A stretch of DNA of 32,000 nucleotides from contig NZ_AUZM01000026.1 in assembly GCF_000478195.2 (NCBI RefSeq), positions 1 through 32,000 of the forward strand, read 5' to 3'. The translations under genes and the position numbers were made by a program. Origin of the DNA: Lyngbya aestuarii BL J (lineage in GTDB: Bacteria; Cyanobacteriota; Cyanobacteriia; Cyanobacteriales; Microcoleaceae). This document shows positions 1 to 8,014 of this stretch, piece after piece; positions within the stretch are counted from its first letter, which is position 1; each line of letters starts with the position of its first letter. The notes beneath the pieces were generated by a model. It had not been told where the DNA came from, searched no databases, and was given only the letters and a program-made list of their open reading frames with translations.

Positions 1-90
1 CAATTGCTGCGCGAGATTGTTTCGTTTATCTGGGCTGAAAAAACCTTTAATTTTGTTCTGCAATTGCTGCGCGAGATTGTTTCGTTTATC
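1..90. repeat. Two identical 30-bp direct repeats (1-30 and 61-90) separated by a unique 30-bp spacer. The 60-bp period is CRISPR-like. The array is cut by the window edge.
   Basis: Read directly: caattgctgcgcgagattgtttcgtttatc occurs twice at 30/30 identity. Segments 31-60 and 91-120 are unrelated to each other. The first 19 nt are partly palindromic (caatt...gattg). Copy 1 touches position 1, so true repeat length and copy number are unknown. No cas gene lies in the 32 kb downstream. Confidence 0.85.
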
Positions 91-108
91 CAGAAATAAC
101 TGGCAAGT

Positions 109-633
109 TTGGAACACCAAGATAGTCATTTAAACTACTCGATTGAAGATTTTCAGCGTTTGCAAGCTGCTCTAAACACATTTGTTAGTCAAACCGATCA
201 AGTTCAAGGAGAACAGGCGGTAAAATTATTAATTGATGAACTGAAATCTAAGGTTGAGTATTATCAGTTATTTACTCAAGAACAATCGGAAAAAGTTCGT
301 AAACAAGAAGCAGAGGTTAAACTCCAAGAAGAATTGGAATTAAAAAGCCAGCAAGTCGAAGAACTTCAGCAGCGAGAAGCGGAACTTAAAAGCCAATATC
401 AAGAGCAACTTCAGCAGCGAGAAGCGGAACTTCACAGCCAACATCAAGAGCAACTTCAGCAGCGAGAAGCGGAACTTCACAGCCAACATCAAGAACAAAT
501 TCAGCAGCGAGAAGCGGAACTTAAAAGCCAATATCAAGAGCAACTTCAGCAGCGAGAATATCAACTCAAACTGGAAGAAAAAGAACGGATTCAAAAACAA
601 ATCAACGAGTTAGAAAGCCAAATTAAGGAATAA
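109..633 (+). CDS. Q/E-rich coiled-coil protein with a 15-aa tandem repeat; no family recognised.
   Basis: From the ORF track. The only in-frame start is TTG at 109: there is an in-frame TAA at 97-99 and no internal Met. The unit QQREAELKSQYQEQL is repeated about 4.3 times. Composition is typical of long alpha-helical coiled coils. No obvious SD. Confidence 0.55.
   Translation: MEHQDSHLNYSIEDFQRLQAALNTFVSQTDQVQGEQAVKLLIDELKSKVEYYQLFTQEQSEKVRKQEAEVKLQEELELKSQQVEELQQREAELKSQYQEQLQQREAELHSQHQEQLQQREAELHSQHQEQIQQREAELKSQYQEQLQQREYQLKLEEKERIQKQINELESQIKE
367..558 (+). repeat. In-frame 45-bp tandem repeat, 4 full copies plus a 12-bp partial copy.
   Basis: Copies at 367-411, 412-456, 457-501 and 502-546, with a partial copy at 547-558. 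Copies 1 and 4 are identical (KSQY variant). Copies 2 and 3 (HSQH variant) differ from each other by 2 nt. Confidence 0.95.
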
Positions 634-829
634 GAAATAAAAACAGAATATCTCAACCCATAAATGATCGGTAGGTTGGGTTTCACTTTGTTCAACCAAA
701 CAGTTCAGGAAAGTCAAACCCAATCGACAGAATAAGTTTAAAATTTTTCTAACGTTTTGGCTCAACAGTTGAATCTTGTGGCAAACTAAAGTATTACTGT
801 TTTTCCCAGGAGTTCAACGAGGTGCAGCG

Positions 830-2314
830 ATGAATACAGACGTACTGCTTCAGCTTAAACGAGAATTTCAGCTCTTAGTTGAACAGATGAAAATTGTCTT
901 CTGTCCCCAGGATGGTATTCAGCAACGCGCCTATGATATTCTACAATTCAAAGTTTCGTTAAAAAATCTTCAAACTCGTTTACAAACCGAAAAACAAAAT
1001 CATTCAAGCTTTGGAGATTTGGATCAGTTAGAAATTCTCTGGGCGGATGAAAAAACAAAACAAAAATGGTATCAAAAACGAGAACAACAAGAAGAACTCT
1101 TAGATCGGTTGCTCATCCATGATAATTTATTACTATGTTTTTGTGATTTTATTCGATACAATGCTTACAAAGATACGTTAAATCCGACTTCACTTTTGAA
1201 TCATCTCGTCGAATTTATTGCAATTGATATTCGTCGTTATACACACTTTCCTTATTTAGCGATTGCTTACAAAGGAATAGAAACCTTAACTTCTGAAATT
1301 AAGCAGTTTATTAATCAACTCAAAAAACAAATTCTCCCCGGACAAAAGCATAAACAAAAGCGACTTTATACCCTAATTTTAGAGTTAGAAGAATATCAGT
1401 CTATTATTCAACCGCAAGCCCAACTTTTTGCCCAAGAAAAAGCCGAGTTTGAACGTCAAAAACAACAGTGGTATCAACAACAAGAAGAACTGAAACATCA
1501 ACAACAAGCTTGGTTAGACGAACAAAAAGCCAAAATCCATCAACAAGAAGCCCGTTTAGAAGAACAAAAGTTAGCACTGCGACGACAACAGCCAACGCTA
1601 ATTCAGCCTAGTATTGAATCTTTTTCCCCAGTTAAAACTGACGCAGTAATTGATAAAAAACCTGCTAAAAATCGCCAGCGTTTAGGTGGGAGTCCCTTTC
1701 TCTTGTTAGCTGTTGTGATTGGAATTTTAGGCGGAGTACAGTTTCTCCCCAAAGCCTCAGTTAACTCTCGAAAACAAATTAGTGCTTTGGCTGAAAATCA
1801 ACCGTTAGAACTGCGATTAAAATCTGCTCAAGGGTTAGCAATGAAAGCCAGTGAAGCGGTAGAAAATCCACCTTTACCGTTAACAGCTTGGAGAGAAGCG
1901 CAAGGAAAATGGGAAGATGCAATCACAGTATTACAAGAAATGCCTGCTCGTCAAATGCAATCAGAACCCGTTCAAAAACAGTTAGCAATTTATCAAGAAG
2001 ATTATAACTGGGCGAGTCAAAAGTTAATTCAAGAACAAACTGCGATCGCCAATTTTAATAGTGCCAAAAAATTAGCATTAAAAGCCTCTGTTCTTGTCAA
2101 AAATCCGCCTGATTCTGTAGAAGTTTGGCAACAAGCCGAAAAGAAATGGCAAACCGCAATTAACTTACTCGAAACCATTCCGAATGATACATTTATTGCG
2201 CCGCAAGTGCAAGAGAAATTAACCCTTTATCGACTCAATTCTCAAGAGATCGAAAAACGGATTCTGATGCAAAAGCAAGCCGATCAACAACGCCAGAATA
2301 ACACCCAAAGCTAA
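830..2314 (+). CDS. Single-pass membrane protein: N-terminal coiled-coil region and two C-terminal repeats of about 70 aa; unknown function.
   Basis: ORF track frame 776-2314, which starts at TTG. The first ATG is at 830 (MNTDVLLQLKR). There is a Q-rich coiled coil (QQWYQQQEELKHQQQAWLDEQKAKIHQQEARLEEQK) and one hydrophobic helix (SPFLLLAVVIGILGGVQFL). Two related C-terminal segments follow, with the pattern A-x-K-A-S-x-x-V-x-N-P-P ... W-x-x-A-x-x-K-W-x-x-A-I-x-x-L-x-x-(M/I)-P ... Q-x-(Q/K)-L-x-(I/L)-Y. Confidence 0.7.
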   Translation: MNTDVLLQLKREFQLLVEQMKIVFCPQDGIQQRAYDILQFKVSLKNLQTRLQTEKQNHSSFGDLDQLEILWADEKTKQKWYQKREQQEELLDRLLIHDNLLLCFCDFIRYNAYKDTLNPTSLLNHLVEFIAIDIRRYTHFPYLAIAYKGIETLTSEIKQFINQLKKQILPGQKHKQKRLYTLILELEEYQSIIQPQAQLFAQEKAEFERQKQQWYQQQEELKHQQQAWLDEQKAKIHQQEARLEEQKLALRRQQPTLIQPSIESFSPVKTDAVIDKKPAKNRQRLGGSPFLLLAVVIGILGGVQFLPKASVNSRKQISALAENQPLELRLKSAQGLAMKASEAVENPPLPLTAWREAQGKWEDAITVLQEMPARQMQSEPVQKQLAIYQEDYNWASQKLIQEQTAIANFNSAKKLALKASVLVKNPPDSVEVWQQAEKKWQTAINLLETIPNDTFIAPQVQEKLTLYRLNSQEIEKRILMQKQADQQRQNNTQS

Positions 2315-2564
2315 ATTCATTCCCCCACCTCCCAAACCCCCTAAGAATGAGAGGTTATGTAAAAAAATATTACGATACCCCTAATAATGTGAACGTAATG
2401 CCTCAAAATACATCCGGTAGGTAGTTAAAAATTATCGGGCGATTGTCCCGCTTGACTACCTGACTAGAGATTGGATCGTTCGGCAGACAATGTAACTTTA
2501 TGTTGCGGCTCTCAGAGATTAGCAACGGGCTTCAAAAGCTGCTAAGACGGGACAAATCAGCAAA

Positions 2565-2615
2565 GTTAAGTGTTAAACAGCGAATGCTAGTCCTCTTGAC
2601 AGGACAGCACTTAAC
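2565..2615 (+). promoter_or_regulatory. Structured hairpin in the long apcA leader or upstream region.
   Basis: gttaagtg (2565-2572) pairs with cacttaac (2608-2615). An inner stem is gtcct/aggac. It lies in the 414-bp non-coding region upstream of apcA. Its function cannot be determined from sequence. Confidence 0.3.
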
Positions 2616-2728
2616 AGGGTTTCATTCGGGTTAACCCCCAAAATGATTAGCCCCCGACAACAGATCAAGCATCTGCACCAGTCGAGGGTAAAATCATGAA
2701 CACGTTAGCTAAAACTCTTTGGTAAAAA

Positions 2729-3214
2729 ATGAGTATCGTCACTAAATCCATCGTAAATGCAGATGCTGAGGCTCGTTATCTCAGCCCTGGTGAATTAGAT
2801 CGAATCAAATCATTTGTCACAACAGGTGAGCGTCGGGTTCGCGTTGCAGAAACCATGACCTCCGCTCGTGAGCGCATCATCAAAGAAGCTGGAAACCAAC
2901 TGTTCCAGAAGCGTCCTGATGTTGTCTCTCCTGGTGGTAACGCTTACGGTGAAGAAATGACCGCAACTTGCTTGCGTGATTTAGACTACTACCTCCGTCT
3001 GATCACTTACGGAATCGTAGCAGGCGACGTTACCCCTATCGAAGAAATTGGTATCGTTGGCGTCCGTGAAATGTACAAGTCTCTCGGTACTCCCATCGAA
3101 GCCGTTGCAGAAGGAATTCGCGCGATGAAGGGTGTTGCTACTTCCTTGCTGTCTGGTGAAGACGCATCTGAAGCAGGAGCTTACTTCGACTATGTTATCG
3201 GTGCAATGCAGTAA
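2729..3214 (+). CDS. apcA: Allophycocyanin alpha subunit.
   Basis: 161 aa, [30 protein letters not shown]...[20 protein letters not shown]. This is the canonical ApcA length, N-terminus and bilin-Cys context. Gene order is apcA-apcB-apcC. Confidence 0.97.
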   Translation: MSIVTKSIVNADAEARYLSPGELDRIKSFVTTGERRVRVAETMTSARERIIKEAGNQLFQKRPDVVSPGGNAYGEEMTATCLRDLDYYLRLITYGIVAGDVTPIEEIGIVGVREMYKSLGTPIEAVAEGIRAMKGVATSLLSGEDASEAGAYFDYVIGAMQ

Positions 3215-3301
3215 CGTCATCGGATCAGCCTTGATCTTCGTGACCCCACCCTTAAGAATCTTAGATTCAGCAGCAACACTTAAGAAATATTAGAGTCAAT
3301 C

Positions 3302-3787
3302 ATGCAAGACGCAATTACTTCCGTAATCAACTCCTCTGACGTTCAAGGTAAGTACCTTGATTCCAGCGCTCTCGATAAGCTCAAAGCTTATTTTGCAACT
3401 GGCGAACTGCGTGTTCGGGCTGCGACCGCTATCAGTGCTAACGCGGCTTCCATCGTTAAAGAAGCAGTTGCTAAGTCTCTGTTGTATTCTGATGTTACCC
3501 GTCCCGGCGGAAATATGTACACCACTCGTCGTTATGCAGCTTGCATCCGCGACTTGGACTACTACCTCCGTTATTCCACCTACGCCATGTTAGCGGGTGA
3601 CGTTTCCATCTTGGATGAGCGTGTACTCAATGGCTTAAAAGAAACTTACAACTCTTTGGGTGTACCCATTGGTTCGACTGTACAAGCCATTCAAGCCATG
3701 AAAGAAGTCACTGCTGGTTTAGTCGGCGCTGACGCGGGTAAAGAAATGGGCGTTTACTTCGACTACATCTGCTCTGGCTTAAGCTAG
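3302..3787 (+). CDS. apcB: Allophycocyanin beta subunit.
   Basis: 161 aa, [31 protein letters not shown]...[20 protein letters not shown]. Canonical ApcB. Confidence 0.97.
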   Translation: MQDAITSVINSSDVQGKYLDSSALDKLKAYFATGELRVRAATAISANAASIVKEAVAKSLLYSDVTRPGGNMYTTRRYAACIRDLDYYLRYSTYAMLAGDVSILDERVLNGLKETYNSLGVPIGSTVQAIQAMKEVTAGLVGADAGKEMGVYFDYICSGLS

Positions 3788-3822
3788 AACTCTTTAAAAG
3801 ACGAACCTGTTCAACAGGGATT

Positions 3823-3844
3823 GAGAATCTAGACGTGATTCTTT
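3823..3844 (+). terminator. Weak hairpin between apcB and apcC; possible partial terminator or processing site.
   Basis: Stem agaatc (3824-3829) with gattct (3837-3842), 7-nt loop, followed only by tt-cc. apc operons of this kind are known to give both apcAB and apcABC transcripts. The assignment here is tentative. Confidence 0.3.
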
Positions 3845-4042
3845 CCGTTGTTGTGTATTGCTCTATCGTCTCTAAAGCAAGGCTAGGGAAGTCGGTCGTG
3901 AGTGCTAGAACACTAAAGGCTTGTCTCTTTCTTGTAGAATGATGAGTTTTCGTGAGCTAGTATTGGCCCCTGACTCCCTGCCTTCTATCGTTTTAAAAAG
4001 ACTGTAAAGACTAGGACTTTTATTTTGGGAGAATCATGTGCC

Positions 4043-4246
4043 ATGCGAATGTTTAAAGTGACAGCTTGTGTTCCGAGCCAAACTCGAATTCGGACTCAGC
4101 GGGAATTACAAAATACATACTTTACCAAATTAGTTCCTTACGATAGCTGGTTCCGTGAACAGCAACGAATTATGAAAATGGGCGGGAAAATCGTTAAGGT
4201 TGAGTTAGCCACAGGTAAGCCTGGAATGAATACAGGTTTGATGTAA
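4043..4246 (+). CDS. apcC: Phycobilisome core linker Lc (7.8 kDa).
   Basis: 67 aa from ATG 4043: MRMFKVTACVPSQTRIRTQRELQNTYFTKLVPYDSWFREQQRIMKMGGKIVKVELATGKPGMNTGLM. This is the characteristic ApcC sequence. The track start at 4025 is a TTG extension. Confidence 0.95.
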   Translation: MRMFKVTACVPSQTRIRTQRELQNTYFTKLVPYDSWFREQQRIMKMGGKIVKVELATGKPGMNTGLM

Positions 4247-4253
4247 TGGTGTT

Positions 4254-4280
4254 CCCACGCCACAACCCTCTGTGGGTTTG
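4254..4280 (+). terminator. Possible apc operon terminator.
   Basis: ccaca (4260-4264) pairs with tgtgg (4271-4275), or cccac with gtggg, followed by gtttgg. The stem is short and the U-tract is short. Confidence 0.3.
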
Positions 4281-4388
4281 GCGAGGGATGGGTGATCGAT
4301 TAGCTTTTGATCTTTGAGGGAAAACCTGAAAGTTTCAATTCTAATTTTTTTTTGATCTCTTTTGGGGAAATCTCGTCAGCTATTATAA

Positions 4389-6656
4389 ATGGGTGTAGCA
4401 GAACTAGGGCGGGAGATGCAGATGAAAAATTGGGAATTTCTGCTTCAAAAAGAAGGAGATACCACTTGGCTACCTTTAGAAACTCCAGATGTGGAAATTC
4501 TAGAAGGACGTTATCGAGTTGTCGCTCGTTCTAGCTATCCGAACGCTAAAATCGAAATTCGGATTATTCATCATGCTTTGGAGGAAACTCCCCCTGTTCG
4601 GCGTGTACAAACTCGCAACACAAACACCTCTGCTGAAGGATTAATGGTTGTGATTCCCTACACTCGACTCAAACCGGGAATTTGGGAACTGTCCTGTTCA
4701 CCTCATCGGCCAGCGGCTCTTGTCAACTTGTCTTCTGATAACGGCGTTAAACTACGGGTTCTCTCCAATGACTCCGAACCGTTAGAACACCCTCCCACTT
4801 TCGATGATGATCTCTCCTCAGACTCAGATGAAGCGGTTTCAGATGAAAATGATCACGAAGACGACAGCCAGACAACCGTAACCGCAAAATCCATCGTTGA
4901 GATTGTTGACGAACGTAACACCACCCCAGAAACTTCTCCCCCAGAAACTTCTCCCCCAGAAACACAACCGGAATTCGCCTCAATAGAGTTGACGGGCGAC
5001 ACCGACTCGACTCCAAACTCTGAGACTAAACCTTCCGACGAGTCATCCGACACAGAATTTGTGATCGCCGCCGAGTCCTCTCCAGAGCCTTCAGAAACCG
5101 TTTCACCAGAGTATGATGATCGTCTCCAGGTGGAAGTCCAAAATATCCAACTCACCCTTGAACAAGATTCTTTTGTCGCTAAATTAGGACAAGCGTTATT
5201 AATTTCAGGACGGGTTGAAGCCGCAACATCTTCAGAACCGTTGAATCCTGAACCGATCCAATATTCTGTAGATCAGCCTCATGTAGAAGTTTATCTCCGT
5301 GATCCCCACAACTCCAATATTTTATTACAAGTTCAACAAGCAATTCCACAATCGATTCTCCCGATCTCTTTTGCTTGTTTGATTTATATTCCCTTTGAAT
5401 GTCAAACTCGCCTGATCTTAGGAGAAGTGGTGATTTCCAGTCACGGAGAGTCTCTGACTCGCCATTCCTTTTCCATCGCCACTCAAGTTGAACATCTTCT
5501 CCAAGTTCTAGAAACCGATTTTAGTTCTCAAGCGGAGATAGACGAGACAACCGATCAACCAGACGAAGTTGAACTTGAAAACCGCTTACATCTGATTGAT
5601 CCCAACGCCAGTCCCGAACCCGAACCCCCAGTATCCAAACCCAATTCTCGCCGTCCCACTGTTCCCGTTGTTTCAGCAAACGCTCAAACCCCCATTGATG
5701 AAACAACGTCCTCATCTTCCCTCGAACTCCCGAGTTTTGGTTCTTTTCTATCTGGGGATAGCGAACCGTCGGTTGACTCGACAGCTTCCTCCTCAGAACA
5801 AACTCCAACGACTTCTCAAGAGGCTGCGGATGCAGAAATTCTCACTCCCACTGATGAAACATCCCCAGAATTTATTTCCTCAGAAACAGACGATGAGGAG
5901 AGTGAAGAAGCTCAGTTAGTCCAGGTTTCACCGATTGATCCGGCTTTTCAAGCGTTGAAGTTAGAAAATCGTTTTTGGTCGCGCTTAAATTCTTTAGCTC
6001 AGGATCAAGATTTGTCTCAGTGGATGAAGCAAGCCAAACCGACTCCTTTACCCGACACTTCTTTTGTGCAAACTCGCCAGGATGAATCTCCAAAACCGAG
6101 TGTTTCTTCCCCCTCTGCTGACGCTGAACCGTTGTTTCCTTCCTTTGATGATGATTTAGAGTCTCAAGAAATTGTGGTAGATGATGAGTCATTGGAGACT
6201 CCGCCATCCTCTGTTGCTTCCCGACCCCCTTTGCGACTGTTAGACTCTCGTCACAGTCAATCCTCGACGTCTGAATCTTTGAGCGCAATCTCAGAAGATG
6301 AACCGATTCCTGCTCCGACTTTAGAAGTGATCAATCCCGAAATTATAGCAGGTCGAACGGTCAAAGTTAGGGTGCGGATGAGCGAGAATTTACCGCGAAT
6401 TTATGTCAAAATATGGGTGTATGATCGCCAGTCTCGCAGTATTGTAGACGGGCCACGCTGGTTAACCGAGTTTTCACCCAACGGTTTAGACCAGATTGAA
6501 ACCACAGTGAACTTAGAGATTGCTTATGGCAGTTTAGAGGTTCAATTTGAGGCGATCGCAGTTGAGATGCAGACTCAACGAGAAAGTCATAAAGTGATAG
6601 TCAAACGTTCTGTTGTTCCTCCGGCAGCTCCTACTTTGCCTTTAGATGAGGAATGA
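4389..6656 (+). CDS. Large acidic protein: two beta-rich terminal domains of about 110 aa flank roughly 550 aa of S/P/E/D/T-rich low-complexity sequence; unknown function.
   Basis: ORF track. Alternative starts are ATG 4416 and ATG 4422, the latter preceded by ggag. The N-terminal domain reads MKNWEFLLQKEGDTTWLPLETPDVEILEGRYRVVARS. A 15-bp duplication at 4925-4954 (ccagaaacttctccc x2) encodes PETSPPETSP. The C-terminal domain reads IAGRTVKVRVRMSENLPRIYVKIWVYDRQS. Confidence 0.75.
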   Translation: MGVAELGREMQMKNWEFLLQKEGDTTWLPLETPDVEILEGRYRVVARSSYPNAKIEIRIIHHALEETPPVRRVQTRNTNTSAEGLMVVIPYTRLKPGIWELSCSPHRPAALVNLSSDNGVKLRVLSNDSEPLEHPPTFDDDLSSDSDEAVSDENDHEDDSQTTVTAKSIVEIVDERNTTPETSPPETSPPETQPEFASIELTGDTDSTPNSETKPSDESSDTEFVIAAESSPEPSETVSPEYDDRLQVEVQNIQLTLEQDSFVAKLGQALLISGRVEAATSSEPLNPEPIQYSVDQPHVEVYLRDPHNSNILLQVQQAIPQSILPISFACLIYIPFECQTRLILGEVVISSHGESLTRHSFSIATQVEHLLQVLETDFSSQAEIDETTDQPDEVELENRLHLIDPNASPEPEPPVSKPNSRRPTVPVVSANAQTPIDETTSSSSLELPSFGSFLSGDSEPSVDSTASSSEQTPTTSQEAADAEILTPTDETSPEFISSETDDEESEEAQLVQVSPIDPAFQALKLENRFWSRLNSLAQDQDLSQWMKQAKPTPLPDTSFVQTRQDESPKPSVSSPSADAEPLFPSFDDDLESQEIVVDDESLETPPSSVASRPPLRLLDSRHSQSSTSESLSAISEDEPIPAPTLEVINPEIIAGRTVKVRVRMSENLPRIYVKIWVYDRQSRSIVDGPRWLTEFSPNGLDQIETTVNLEIAYGSLEVQFEAIAVEMQTQRESHKVIVKRSVVPPAAPTLPLDEE

Positions 6657-7008
6657 GCGCAGAAAAGACATTTAAAATTCCCGATCTAGATTAACTTTAA
6701 TTCTTCTCTATTTTAGGGAATTCTTTCTTATAAAATAGCAGGATAGTTTTCAGTTTTTTTAGTCAAAGGGTGGGTCTTTAATCAGACTGAACAGTTATCG
6801 TTTTACTTGAGAAAAAGTTGTTAATCATATTGGTTTACGTGCATTTTTATGTGCGGGTTTTTGCCTATTTTTAACAACGTTGCTTTAATGTCTTTCTCTT
6901 GAGGTTTGGACTAATCTCAGCTTTAGATCAGACTCTTATTGAAATGAATTGCAGATCACAAATCTCACTTTGAAGTTAACATTGATTTTTTTAAGGAGTT
7001 TTAACCCC

Positions 7009-7425
7009 ATGGTACTGACACACTATCAATCCTTTCAATATCTAGAAAATATTGATCGCCAAGTTGATCAAGTTTTTAATGAACCTGAACTTTTGGGAAA
7101 TACTAATTTTAATATTCCGGTGATTAAAATTCAGGAAAAAAAAGAGATAATTGTGATCAAAGTGATTTTACCGACTTTAGAGGAAAACAGTTTAGAAATG
7201 CAAGTAACCGCAGAATCAATTGTGCTTTCGGGGAACTTGTATTATCTTCCACAAACCCAAAAATCGCCGGATCAGACAGTTGTCAAAAATTCCCAAAAGT
7301 TTCGGAAAATAATCGCCCTTCCGCAACCGATTCTGAGTGCAGGTATAAAATCAGACTACTTCAACGGTATTTTAACCTTGATTTTACCTAAAGCTGTTGA
7401 ATCTCCAGCTTATTGTCAATCCTAA
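7009..7425 (+). CDS. Divergent Hsp20/alpha-crystallin family small heat-shock protein.
   Basis: ATG at 7009 is preceded by aaggag (6993-6998). It shows the alpha-crystallin pattern: PVIKIQEKKEIIVIKVILPTLEENSLEMQVTAESIVLSGN ... FRKIIALPQPI ... IKSDYFNGILTLILPKA. The track start at 6949 is an upstream TTG extension. Confidence 0.7.
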   Translation: MVLTHYQSFQYLENIDRQVDQVFNEPELLGNTNFNIPVIKIQEKKEIIVIKVILPTLEENSLEMQVTAESIVLSGNLYYLPQTQKSPDQTVVKNSQKFRKIIALPQPILSAGIKSDYFNGILTLILPKAVESPAYCQS

Positions 7426-7558
7426 GTTGGATTGTGTAATTGTTGAATTGAGTGAGGTTAAATATGAATAAACTTCAAAAACCTTCAAACTTTTCTCAGT
7501 TTTACAGGATATAAATCTCCAAAGGTATTGTCTTTAAAAAACTCAATAATTATCTCCG

Positions 7559-7588
7559 ATCTCGTCTACCCACTGGACGGGATTTTTT
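7559..7588 (+). terminator. Rho-independent terminator after the hsp20-like gene.
   Basis: Stem atctcgtc (7559-7566) with gacgggat (7576-7583): 8 bp including one G-U pair. The loop is 9 nt and a T6 run follows (7583-7588). Confidence 0.7.
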
Positions 7589-7718
7589 AGTGAAGTTATG
7601 TAGATTTGCGCTCATAATTAAGCATTTAGGATTAATTAATAAACCACTTGATCATTTTAACCGGATCTCGAACAAATTGTCTGTATTAGAAAATGGACAG
7701 ACTCATACGGACAGACTC

Positions 7719-7883
7719 ATGCGTTTCTACACTTTAATCCTATTCTTCAGCCTTTTGTCAATGGCTTCTGCTGATGCAATCAAAGGTGTTCAAGCTGCTT
7801 CCTCATTGTTGATTGCTCAAGATAGCAGTGAAATTAACTGTAATAGTAATTGTCCTCCAGGTCATCGTGGAAGTGGACGTTAA
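7719..7883 (+). CDS. patX: 54-aa secreted-type peptide ending in HRGSGR-stop; PatX-like, carrying the PatS/HetN RGSGR motif.
   Basis: From ATG 7719: MRFYTLILFFSLLSMASADAIKGVQAASSLLIAQDSSEINCNSNCPPGHRGSGR. It has a signal-peptide-like N-terminus with an ASA/DA site. The RGSGR codons sit at 7866-7880, directly before TAA at 7881-7883. The track start at 7590 abuts the upstream terminator, so it is unlikely. Confidence 0.6.
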   Translation: MRFYTLILFFSLLSMASADAIKGVQAASSLLIAQDSSEINCNSNCPPGHRGSGR

Positions 7884-8014
7884 TCTGAAACTGAGTCAAA
7901 AAGCAGTCAAAAGAAGTTTTTAAAAGCGGATTTGGGGAGTCAATTTTCAAATTTGTCCTGATCAAATAGCAAAGAACTTGTACTCAGAAGTGATACCTTA
8001 GCCCCGTTCCTACC

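Noticed and set aside
1-90. Alternative reading of the 30-bp repeats as transposon-end (Tn7/CAST-like) transposase-binding sites.
   Set aside because: No terminal TG...CA-type end and no transposase or tnsB-like genes occur in the window. The repeats are longer and more perfectly conserved than typical end-binding sites. This cannot be fully excluded without upstream sequence.
340-600. Reverse-strand 86-aa ORF inside the coiled-coil gene. The same class includes 1404-1595, 2981-3220, 3357-3593, 4747-5155, 5521-6288, 8875-9090, 10356-10682, 11061-11267, 13387-13608, 19490-19735, 22095-22382, 23251-23451, 23667-24035 and 29968-30336.
   Set aside because: All are embedded in or antisense to much longer, family-supported genes. 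Their low-complexity or repeat-mirroring translations are typical shadow ORFs.
2359-2373. NtcA-like site GTA-N9-TAC upstream of apcA.
   Set aside because: The spacer is 9 nt, not the required 8, and consists mostly of an A-run. There is no properly spaced -10 box.
7464-7514. 16-aa mini-ORF (MNKLQKPSNFSQFYRI) with a gagg SD, between the hsp20-like gene and its terminator.
   Set aside because: It is too short to evaluate and has no recognisable features. It is probably a chance ORF in the 3' UTR.
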